In this document: positions 39,046-51,155 of the stretch, in pieces | Layout of the letters: each line of letters opens with the position of its first letter | Position numbering within the stretch: the first letter of the stretch is position 1 | From: Antedon mediterranea | Taxonomy: Eukaryota; Animalia; Echinodermata | Assembly (NCBI RefSeq): GCF_964355755.1 | Contig: NC_092676.1 | Coordinates: 22,152,871 to 22,216,870, forward strand | Reading direction: 5' to 3' | Length of the DNA stretch: 64,000 nucleotides | The notes under the pieces: model-generated | The model's input: only the letters and a program-made list of their open reading frames with translations | What the model was told of the DNA's origin: nothing | Database searches by the model: none | Position numbers and translations under genes: made by a program

Positions 39046-39912
39046 TTTTTGTGTTGTTTCTTATTTTTATAAATACTATTTTCTAAATTTAGAAGCAATT
39101 TATGGTGTTTGTAATGTGTTTCATCTCATTTTATCACATCTTCCTCTTTCCGTGGTGACTCGAGCGCCACTCAAAAAATCATCGTCGGTGATGGACGCCC
39201 GGTGTACGACGTGTTAAGGAAAGGGATTTCCCCTCCAAATCAAATGGCAACTTGATTTGTCCCGTCCTCTCATCCAGTTTTCTACTGTTTTTTTAAATAC
39301 TACTATAATATAGGCTTAGCTAAGTTTAAGCTGCTACTACTACTACTAGGCCTAGGCCTACTAGCTAGTGACTAAGCCTACCCTAGCCTAATAATATTCA
39401 TTTAAATAAACAGACCTGGCCAAGTTAAACTGATTTTACTTTTATTAGGCTAAAGTAAAGGGGCCTGGGTTAGGCCCCAGCTAGTTAGTGCCAGGCTACG
39501 CCTAGCTAGCTAGGCCTTTGCTAGACCTCCCTAGCTACGAACAAAAAAAAAAACATAAATTAGAACATGCATATGTTTATGCGCATTTTAAGCGAATTCC
39601 TTCCGCAATTTGAATAAAAATACTCGATTCAAATTTTGCAAGAAAATTTTAAACTGGAATGTATTTTTCAGCATTATTTGATGAATCTTACTAATCTTTT
39701 ATTGATAAATAATGCAAGTAATAATTAATTTAAAATAAACTAATTTTTTAATTATGTTATCTTGTGTACGGGAACCAACAACACGTCAACCTAGTACAAC
39801 ACATCAACCTTGCCAATTATAGAAAACAATACATACCTAGACACACAATCAAATAGGTGCTAGGCCATTATTTAGCCTCACACCATGTGCAAGAAGACCT
39901 GTATGATCACAC

Positions 39913-41981
39913 CAGGGAGTTGTAACGAGTGTTGACAAAGTGCGAGGCAGCGAGGCATGCGCGGCATGCCAAATATTTGTGCGAGGCATCATTTTATCAT
40001 TTCCAAAAGTGCGAGGCATATAGTTTACAATTTCAAAAAGGTGCGAGGCATATCTTAACGTGCTATTATGCTATATTATAGGCCTAATAATCAATCGATA
40101 CAAGCGTATCTAAATAGATTCGTGTATACACTCATCATGTTGTTTATTTTTATGTAACGATTGTTTTTTCATTCAAGTCATATCGTGTCAAATTTTACTT
40201 TTACAAAAGTGCCCAAACTACGGTTCAAAAATCTGAACGACAGTCTTCAACTTTCGATAAACAATAATTGTTATAGCGACACACTCATCAAATGACTGCA
40301 ATGTTTGTTGGCATTTCGAGCGTGTTCACTCACATGTCTCTCGAACATAGCAGAGTGAAAATAATATTTTGTCACACCCCTGCGCCTAGATCCGGTAGAC
40401 CCGAGAGATGGAAAATCCCTCTTTACTATTTAGCAGGTAGCGGAGTGATTCAGCCCTCAGCTCAGAGGATTGTGGTGCATTCCCCTCCTATAGCACGTGG
40501 TTTCAGCAGCAACGCACAGACTTCTCTCTGAGCGGCGTGCCAAAGACATTTTTGACATTCCATTCTCTAGGAACAACACGTGTACCTCTCTCGCAAATAA
40601 GGTGAACAGCGATTGCCAGGACAAGTTCAATAACTGGCGGTGAATAAAAGGTAACTGATATGCCGATCCAATAACATGCCGCAAAGAAAAAAATTGCGAC
40701 AGAATTCTGGAGCGCGTGTGAAAAAAGACTTACGTCCGACAATTGTAATACTAGGCCTAAAATTAAACTTTAGCTAATATGCTTAGCCCCAACCTAGATA
40801 AAGGCCTATGTAGAAAATAGTTTAATCAATTTTGATAAAATAATAATTGGTGTAATATTTAATAATGATACACTATTCCTGTTTTAGTAAGCTAGGTATA
40901 TTACGAACGATTTTTATTTATTGTTGTCCATGTACGTACTAATAAACCTGGCGCTAGTTTCCTTCGCTTATATTTTTACTCCAAATTTGATAACTAACTT
41001 TATCGTGTGAATACCACACCTTAGAAGTATACCTCATGAGTACTTTAATGAAAGAATCACATAAAAAGTAACAAATAAATCCTTAAATTAATGATTTTAC
41101 AGGCGTGTTTCTCGCACACTGTTCGCGAATTTCACTTATTCAATGTTCAATATTTTTGTTTCTATGGAGCGCCAAAAGAGCAACGATAATAGAGGACTAA
41201 AACTCAGTGGAATGCGTCAATTTCTCATGCATTTATTGGTGAAAAACACGTTTTATTTCAATATATTTGTTAATTTGTCAATAAAAATGTTGTAATATGT
41301 TACTGCTGATACTGTTCTGTTTTCAAAGAATAATAATCGATCCTAAATCAACATCACTACCTAGTCTAGACCTAGGACATCCTACTAAGGATATTATGAT
41401 GAATTTTTCTATTTTATTCTTTAAAAGGTTAACGAAACCGTGTACATTATCAACAGTAACATTTTTCCTTACTGACAGTGACAAAATCTATTGAAATTGT
41501 ACTTGATTTTCACCAAATAATGCGTTAAATATAAATGGATTCCACAGAGTTTTTAGCCCTCTAATTAATTTTGCTCTTTTGGCGTTCCATAGAAACCAAA
41601 ATATTGAACATTGAGTGTGCGAAATGCGAGAAAAACAACGTCTGTAAAATCACCAATTTAATGGATTTATTGTTACTTTTATGTGATTTTTCTTCATTAA
41701 AGTAGGCCTACTAATTCTAAGCTGTGGTATTCAGGATAAAGCCTTGGTTAAATTACAAGGCAGGTGCAAAAGGAAACTAGCCTAGCGGGCCTAGGCCTAG
41801 GCTACTTCAATTTCGGTGATTTCCTGCCTTGCAATTTTGAGAAATGATAAAATGATGCCTCGCATTTTTTGATGATGGTAAAACGATGCCTCGCATAAAT
41901 TTCTGACTTGCCTCGCATGCCTTCCCTGCCTCGCGTGCCTCGCTGCCTCGCACTTTGTTACTACCCAGTTGTAACTCCCTG
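39913..41981. mobile_element. Non-autonomous hAT-like DNA transposon (~2.07 kb)
   Basis: TIRs cagggagttgtaac / gttgtaactccctg. gatcacac is duplicated at 39905-39912 and 41981-41988 (8 bp, sharing the terminal G). Subterminal gcgaggca repeats are in opposite orientation at each end. Confidence 0.88.
40955..41779. mobile_element. Nested foldback element with ~300-bp imperfect TIRs (TAG...CTA termini, Academ-like)
   Basis: Termini tagtttcctt...aaggaaacta. Arms ~40955-41250 and ~41500-41779 are reverse complements, e.g. ttctatggagcgccaaaagagcaa / ttgctcttttggcgttccatagaa. Confidence 0.75.
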
Positions 41982-42108
41982 ATCACACTATCAATATATG
42001 GGTAGAATTTCCAGGATTTTTTTCTCCCAGATACCTGCCAAGTTTTTAATGCTTCTTTTTCTAGGCTGTTATTGACTTTTCTTACAGGTAAAATAAATTA
42101 ATTAAAAG

Positions 42109-45100
42109 ATGTCGTTCGTTGTTGAAAGTCCACAAGTTCAATACTCAAGCCAACATATAACTAGCCAGTACAAATACCAAACAAGCAGAGTCAAAAACCA
42201 AAATGGAAAATTAAAGGTAATTTGAAACTTCTTTTTTTTAAACTGGCAAACTTGAATTATTCAATGAAATTAATATATTATTTGATTAATTTATTTCTTA
42301 TTTGATTTTAAAAAAAAGACTTTTTATGAGACCAATAAATCTCTGAATCTCAGTTACTGTATGAGTTTTTCAAATCTACTCTAATCTTGAAGATTTTCTC
42401 ATGTATTATTATTATTTTCTATCGTTCTTTCTGGTGCGTACATTATCTTTTGATATCAACAAGAGCTGTTGTGTAAAAAAAATGAGTATTTTAATGAAAG
42501 TAACTTAATTCACACGTTTATTAATTCGATTATTTTTTCGCAGCAGAAAAAGGACATTAAACACTCTAGTCTAGTATTTGAAAGTTTGTTCAGTACCTCT
42601 ACGTTTATGTATAAACATTGTTTATTTAATGAAGATGCACAGTTGTTGAAAAAGAAATCTTTGTGAAGGATAAATTCACACTAATATCTTGTGTCATAAG
42701 AGGCGTCAATGTTTATTGACCCGTAAAAACTAATCTTTTCTATCTATAGAACAATTAGAACAGAAATCAGTAGAAAATCTATAATATTGATGAGCAAGTC
42801 AGACTGTATTCTATGGGAACAAATATCAATTTAATCTTTTAAATATTAATTGATTAGATCATTTTTGTTTTGTTTTTATTTTATTGTTTTATGTATGTGT
42901 ACTGCAAGCAATTATATTGATTCACAAATTAAAATGCTTTTATCATTACCATTGTAGTATACGAACGGTCCTACAGTATTTTTGAATATAATCCCACTTT
43001 TTTACAGTAATTTAGGGTAAATTTGGACACAATAAATTCCATTGTTAATGCAAACCCAAATTTTAAAAAAACTATGCAACTTTTTATGCAGTGATTTTTT
43101 TTTTATTTAAAGTTTTTCTTCAGTAATAAAAAATAAAGAAATAGTGTGTAATGTTGGAAATTTTTATTGAATTAATTTATTTGAGTGTAGTAATTAATGC
43201 TTTTTTTCGATGTTATTTTTTTTAAATATTTCATTGCTGTTGACAATGCCTGTTCCTGCCAAAATAATTTAGGTATTGTACAGTAAATTGTTCATGCACT
43301 ATTTAACCCAAATGATTTCTACAGCAGAAACAGAGCCCTTTGGAATTTCTTGTGGGGTTAAAACCAGGTCAAGTACTACTACTGTACACACTAAAATAGC
43401 AATAACAATAACAGTAGTAAAGTCAGTGAATATAAATAACAACCAATGAGTTTTTTTTAAAGATATTCTAGTGAGCAAACAAAAGTATGCGAAACTTTGT
43501 TGAAATTATTTTCCTACAGTACAATAGCTAATATATTATGTCGGTATCCATATTTTGGGGCGTGGCTGAAACTACAGTAGCAAAGAAAATTTACTTTTAT
43601 AATAATTAATATCACACAATTTAAATCTGTAATATTGTTTATGACCTACTGTAGAAATCCATGCAAATAAAATTAATCTTAGTGAGCTAGCTAAAATAGG
43701 TTTAATTAAACCTAAATTTTCATTATAAAACTTAACATACACACATTTTTATACATTACTTAACTCAGTATGATGAGGCCCGATGAGACAACGCGTCGGG
43801 AGAAAATTAAACATTTTTAAAGTTCTTGCGACGATCTAAAAACCATGCCGACACTATATCTCAAAGTGACTCGTCTTGATTCAACTCGGACAGCACTGAT
43901 GAGTCAAGACATATTGTCAGGCCTTGTCGTACGATGCTGTCTGGAACTAATCCAGTTTGTTTTAAAAAAAGTGACATAAGTACATTCATCCTTAAAATGG
44001 TTAGTTTATTTATTATCTGTATTATATGAATTGTTATTATTCCTTTTTTTTTTTTATAGGTTACCCCTATAGAAGAGGAAATAGTTTTCCAAACTGAACG
44101 TAAAGTACCACGGATTGGATGTATGTTAGTGGGATGGGGTGGAAACAATGGATCTACAGTGACAGCATCAATCATTGCCAACAAATACAACATGTCGTGG
44201 CATACAAAAGAAGGCATCAGGGTATGTATACAAACTTACTAATAAACAAATTAATTTCATTTCAAGTCATGGGGTCAAGTTAACGCAGGGGCCCCCACAA
44301 CCATAGCCATAAAATCAAGGCTATTCATCTACCATAGTTCTGGTGCAAGTCTAGGCAAGATAAGGACTTGAGATGCCACTTCCGTACCGTTGCAACATTA
44401 GTGGAATGCATACAGTGGAATAACGGTTATGAGTTCTCACTGGCTAAACCCAAGGGGCCCCGAGCTTAAGAGCAGTGCTAAACCATGAGCCTTTACCCTT
44501 TGCATTAATACTCCACTGCATATCTAGTTTAGGGGAGATCTAGTCCATCTGCACTTAGAGAAACCGTAGTCACTAATAACGCTCAATTGCATTATCCATT
44601 TTGTCTTGTGTTTTTATTATTATTCTGTTATTATTTCTGTTTATTATAATTGTTTGTTGTATACTAGGATCTCTGTACTGAAGTATTCACACATTATAGA
44701 AGAAATAGATATGACAATAAAATGCTTTTATTCATTTTATTTATTCCTGTGGCCTCTCTCAAGGATATAATTTTTATGAGCCTTGCGCACAAAACAATCC
44801 ATTAATTAATTTTAACTATTAATAAAACTAGAAAGGCCACTATTCAAATACGAAATTACTAGTTTAATATTCTTGTCTTATTATTCAGTGTGTAGTAATA
44901 GTATTGCTCTCTTTTAGCCCTGTCTGTATTATATTTCTTTGTGGTTATGAAACTATATTTTAGATATTTTATTTTGTTGTATTCTTTACGAATCTGAACT
45001 TCTTTCAAACAGAATGCAGACTTTCTTGGATCCATTACACAGTCGTCTACGATGAGCATTGGAATGAGTGAGGAAGGTAAAGAGGTATACATCCCAGTCA

Positions 45101-48100
45101 AAGACATCCTACCAATGGTTGACCCAGTTGACCTTGTCATTGATGGTAAGTTCGATGATCAGTAAAAACTTCCTTGTGTTCAAAATATCCCAAATTTGTT
45201 GTTTTGGGGACCCTATTTGTTTCATTTCTAGGGGTGTTTGTTTTTGCGAGAGCTTAACGATTTTTTGCAAATTAAAAGCATTTCAGTCATAAAGTAGGTT
45301 ACATATTGGTCAATCCCGCCAGAGGATGATATTTTTTATGTATTTAATAAAAATATCAAATAGGAGAGATCTAAAATTTGTTACGATGATTATGTATTCT
45401 ATTTTCATCATAGGTTGGGACATTTCATCGCTGAATATAGCCGACTCAATGGAGCGTGCAATGGTCTTGCCTTGGGAACTCCAACAAAAGATCAGGCCCT
45501 TCACACAAAACTTACAACCACGGCCATCAATCTACGACCCTGATTTTATCGCAGCAAACCAGTTTGATAGGGCTGATAATTGTATCAGAGGTAGGCCTAC
45601 ATGCTTCTCATATCAATTGGTAAAGCACACTGCAAAATACAGCCATCATATTGGCACAGGCACTCCTCAGCCATAGCTCAGGTGTGTCTTATAAAGGACT
45701 GGAGGTCCAGTGTATACAATTTGCTTGTGTGCACTTTAATGAACCCAGTACATTGTTTGAAAAGAGTAGGGTTACACTGGTGTTCTGGTCGATTCCTGCC
45801 TCTTTGTGTAATACTTCATAAAGCGTGTTTCCAGGCAATGGAGTATTCTGTTGGTTATCATTGATCAACTTGCTTGTGTTGGCATTGACTTGGATCTACG
45901 TCCTTGCATTGCGTCTCTAGTGGGAACCAAGCTTAACATACATCTTGTCAGTTTTAATGTATTTACTCTTTGTACACATCTGTTCACACATTCATTTCTA
46001 TGTTTATGAATGATAAAATATGATTTACTCTTTACCATCATCATTACTATCTTTTTTATTAAAGGTACAAGAAGTGAACAACTTAAAAAGATTCGAGAGG
46101 ATATTGTGGACTTTAAAACATCAAATAACCTTGACAAGGTATGTACAAACCAAATTACTATTAAAGAAATCTAAATGCGAGATTGACTATAATTGCAGAT
46201 ATACCTGGTCAACAGTAGATCCAGGTTACAAATAAGGCTACTATAACATAAAGGGTCCTCCATTAAGACAGTTTTTGTTTTCTTCTTTACTATGCTGGTA
46301 TGTTTTTGACAAGTAGTGGTGAGCTGTAGCTTGGTAGTTAACATGCTTGCCTTCTAATCAAAAAGTCCACAGTCCAATCCTGACCTTGTGTCTTATACTT
46401 ATGCACAATTAATGATAATAATAGACGTCTGATTTTTTTCAAAATCCAAAAAATCATTTCTTTTCTTTTTTCCATACTTAGTGCTATTCCAATATCTTCC
46501 CCTGACAATTAAAGTATACATTTGTTTTCAATTTCCTAGATAATCATATTGTGGACAGCAAATACTGAGCGGTTTTGCGAAGTTGCAGTAGGGCTTAATG
46601 ATACCGCAGATAACCTATTGAACTCTATTGAAAATGACCATTCAGAAGTCTCTCCCTCAACCTTATTTGCTGTTGCTAGTATTCTGGAAGGGGTAAGTAC
46701 AAAATAAACATCATAATAAATATCACATTCAAAATAAGCCATTTTTTTTTGTTTATTTAAAGATGCTTGGATACTCTAATACTGTAAAATCTGATAGAAA
46801 GTGATCAAGATATGATTAAAAATTATATTTATTTATCATATGAATTAAAAAAAAAGTTTGAAATTTCATTTGAAAACAATAAAAACTTAATTTACATATA
46901 TTTATTATGAAACTATTTAAGGATTATTTTTTTATAATAATCATTTTATTTATCATTTTTATTTTATAATCCCATCCATCTCAAGCTACTCCTCATAACA
47001 CAACTTCCAGGATCGTTTCACTCAGATCTACTAGGTATTCCATGAGCTCTTTTGTTCCTTCTGTTTACCAGCCCAACAACACATCTTTATACTTGCTTAC
47101 CATTTTGTTGTTCAATATTATTTAAAGTGATTAAATTGTTTTTAAATATTCTAATATTGAATGAAACATCATTTATTAGAATTTGAATTGAAATTATGAA
47201 AAAAAATCAATTGGATTGGATCGTTAGCCAAAATTACTTTCTACATAAACCAAGTACACTTTTCGTTCTTGCAGTGTTCTGCTCAAGAGAATTGTGGGAT
47301 AACTTTGAAGATGCATTAAAAAAAGAATATTTTATAAACCGTGGGTCACTTTAGAGTTATTGAGTTTTTAGCATTAAGCTTAATCTGTGATCAGCTTAAT
47401 CTGTGATCAGCTTAATCTGTGATCATATTAAATCTATACAACATTGTACTTAAATCCTGGGAAGTTGTTACGATATAGTGATCAGAGGCGTATGTTCTCC
47501 TACTCAAAAACTTGCAAATATTTTCATCAAATAAAAAGTATAAACATTTTCCAACTTGCTGGCACATCCACATTTTTCTTCATATATTGATCATACTTGA
47601 TGTAGCATTGTGGGCTTCCTAAACATTTCTAGAAATGTGCACACACTTTTTTGCTCGATTATAATTATATGCCCCTGATGAAAAAATTTTAGTTTTAACT
47701 TTCTTCATAAATCCTTTAGAAATGCATTTTGAGGGCTCTTCAAATTAATTTTTGTTTTCTCCGTCCACAAAATTATCCTCTTTTTTTTAACTATTATAGA
47801 AAGAATAAATTCTCCATTCAAAATTTGAATAAGTAAAAAAATCTAGCAAATGCTAGTAAATCTGTCGTGCAATACACTATTAAAACTTAACCTTGCCTCC
47901 TTCAATCTTTATGTGACAAATAATGTTTTGTGCCCATATGATGTCATATCACTACTATATTTGGGAATATCACTGCCATATTTGGGCACATCACTGCTGC
48001 CATATTTGGACATGCTTTTTTTGTCAAACTAATTTTATAGTGTAGACAGAGCATTAGACATACATTTTGGCAATAATTTTGGAGGATCTGTGTATACGGT

Positions 48101-51100
48101 TTTATCACGAGTTAACTATAGACATTATCTGTTCTCCAAATATTTGATTAAACTACTCTTCTTGTCAGATTTTGGACTATTTTGGATTGATAAAATTTTC
48201 ACCTTCATCTTTTGACTTTCTGCGGAGGTCGTAACCCATGAAAGAACTTTTCAACAATAGTATCACTTTGGTAAACATTAAAATATGACGCAACATAAAC
48301 AAGAATTGTGTTATAATATTCTGTTTGCAAAAGAGATAATCTGTAAAATATGATGCAACGGCACAATAGATTATTTCTTATCTGTGGCCCATCCTTCAGT
48401 TAGCCGCAGATCCAGGTACTGAGTAATATAGAAATTGGTCCTAAAGTCAATTCATAGACAAACACATCAGTACCATAGTAGGACAGAAATGAGATCCACA
48501 CAAGACACGACCATAAACAGACCAAATCGGCAACAACACCATGGTGGATGCTGAGACAATACAATAGAACACAGGGGACACCTTTGGGACTCGAAAAATT
48601 ATCCATTGAGAGCGGTGTCCTCTGAAGATGGGTTGAACATAGTGTTATAAACATATTGATCATTGTCCCTGTTCATTTAATGAGTTATTAGACCAACATC
48701 AATAAAAACTTTTGTAATGGTTTATTTTCATGTCAACCAAAGTTTTAGATTGTTCATGGATTTGGCAAAGCTTGGGTTTGTTGGCCAGTAACCGTTTTTA
48801 GAATGTTTGTTTTATGTACTGGTATTTAGAGTTTTACAGTAGAATTAACCATCTATGCTAATTTCAGATAAATCTCTTCCTAACAAGTTATTTTCATTTA
48901 ATTATTTCAGTGTGCGTACATCAACGGCTCTCCACAAAACACACTGGTTCCTGGTGTCATTGACCTTGCTACGCAGAAGAACGTTTTTCTCGCTGGAGAC
49001 GATTTCAAGTCTGGACAGACCAAGATCAAATCGGTTCTCGTCGACTTCCTAGTAGGCGCCGGCATCAAGCCTGTATCCATCGTTAGTTACAATCATCTCG
49101 GCAACAACGATGGCAAGAATCTTTCATCAGCAAAACAATTCAGATCAAAAGAGGTAATTAATTTTGTAAAGTAAAATTGTTATTAAATTTATCAGAATAT
49201 TTCAGAACTGTTGTCATTTTGTTTTGAATATTATATGAATAGGCCTAACAGTTTTCTATGCTTTTTATTTTGTTTTGCAGATTACAAAAAGCAATGTTGT
49301 AGATGATATGGTGGAGTCAAATCAAATCCTGTACAAGGAAGGAGAAAAGCCAGATCATTGTGTAAGATATTCGATTGTTGTTTAGTTTTGTGTATATAAA
49401 AAACTACCAATTTTATTTATGTAATGCAGTCTGTACCGAAAAATAGCCTAGCAATAGATATATAAGAATTAAAGAACATATAATGTACAGTGTTCAGTGT
49501 ACAGTGTGTTCTTGGCAGATATATACAGACGCTGATTGTCTATATTAAAGGCAGGGACAGTATAAAACTTGTACTCCAGGGTAACCCATTACACTCCTTA
49601 TTGTACTAAGGTTTTTTAAGTGCACATGAGTGAATGATGTAAACTGGACATAGAGTTCTTTTATGAGAACAGTCTTTTTACCATCAGGAATCTAAGATCA
49701 AATTGGCCACAACCCATGGCACTGAATCGGGGACAGAAGGCAACATTCCTGCTTTAACCACTTGGACATTGACATAACTAATTTTTAACGTAATATTAAA
49801 TAATACTTTAGCTACTGTATACAACAGCCATAGGTCCCTCTATGTTCTTTTTTCATTCAATTAGTATAAAATATTCAAAATTGCAATTTTATTTTCTTTT
49901 TTTTTACAGGTTGTAATCAAATATGTACCATTTGTAGCCGACAGCAAACGAGCAATGGATGAGTACACATCCGAGATCATGATGGGTGGCAAGAACACAC
50001 TTGTGCTTCACAACACGTGCGAAGATTCACTTCTTGCGAGCCCCATCATCTTGGATCTCGTCATTCTCACTGAACTGTGTCAACGAATTAAAATGAAAAC
50101 ATGTATGTTTTGAAATATATTATGCAAATTAATTGTATTATGCAAATTAATTGTATTATGCAAATTAATTGTGTCATGCAAATTAATTGTGTCATGCAAA
50201 TTAATTGTGTCATGCAAATGAATTGTGTTATGCAAATGAATTGTGTTATGCAAATTAATTGTATTATGCAAATTCAATATTTACTTTCCATTGAAGTTAA
50301 ATCTTTTAATTGTTTTATAGACACTGTACCCATCCTTTCCTGACTATTTTCTGATTATTATTATTATTTTAATCCATCATGCTTTATTAGCCTTTAGAGC
50401 ACAAAGTGTTCGGGACATTATAGTATGATTATCAACATATGTTTTTCTTACAGGTAATGATTCAGAAATGCAAAGCTTCCACCCTGTACTCTCAATCTTG
50501 AGTTACCTCTGCAAGGCGCCACTCGTACCAGCTGGCACGCCCGTTGTTAACGCCCTCTTCAAACAGAAAGCCTGCATCGAAAACATATTCAGGTAATTAT
50601 TTTTCCGATAATATAATAAATGACTTCCCAATAATGTTTTGTTACTAATCATTCTTTGTAGCTTATTGTGTCATGGCGCCCTCTATAGAGTTAATTTGAT
50701 ATTATTTTTTACAGTTTAATAAAAAAAATATATTCTTGTTATTATACTGTAAAAAATACCAGAACCATGGAGCAAGTCGGCCACAATCCTACCTGTATGC
50801 AGAAAACGTTACAAGCTCTGTCTACAGTATCAAACTCTATGCGACAAAAAAATGTAATGTGCCCATATATGGACATTCTTACAAAACAAAATTAAACTAC
50901 CTGTAAATAAGCAATTATAAAAATAAAGTAATTTCTTTCGGTTTCAGAGCTTGCGTTGGACTACCTCCAATGAATCACATGACTTTGGAACACAAAATGA
51001 ACTTGGCTAGCTTACCCAATCAGATCAGCCCTGTACCTAGTATGCCAGTCACCAAAAAACTTCACCAGAAAGCAGCAATAAACGGTCACACAAACGGACA

Positions 51101-51155
51101 CGCAAACGGTTTTACCAACGGCCACGTCAATGATGTCATGGTAAACGGCCATTAG
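42109..51155 (+). CDS. ISYNA1: Inositol-3-phosphate synthase (myo-inositol-1-phosphate synthase), complete, 11 coding exons
   Basis: Exons: 42109-42216, 44060-44221, 45013-45145, 45414-45590, 46065-46138, 46540-46692, 48911-49153, 49281-49361, 49910-50102, 50454-50592, 50948-51155, all GT-AG and in phase. MIPS signatures: [52 protein letters not shown] and SYLCKAP. Confidence 0.97.
47378..47425. repeat. 16-bp tandem repeat x3 (agcttaatctgtgatc)
   Basis: Three exact adjacent units. Confidence 0.9.
50121..50274. repeat. 18-bp minisatellite with 9 ATGCAAAT octamers in an ISYNA1 intron
   Basis: Unit atgcaaat(t/g)aattgt(a/g)t(t/c). It starts ~20 bp after the donor at 50103. Confidence 0.95.

Noticed and set aside
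50080-50343. ORFs with MQINCV / NLHNTI repeats
   Set aside because: They are translations of the intronic 18-bp minisatellite, not genes.
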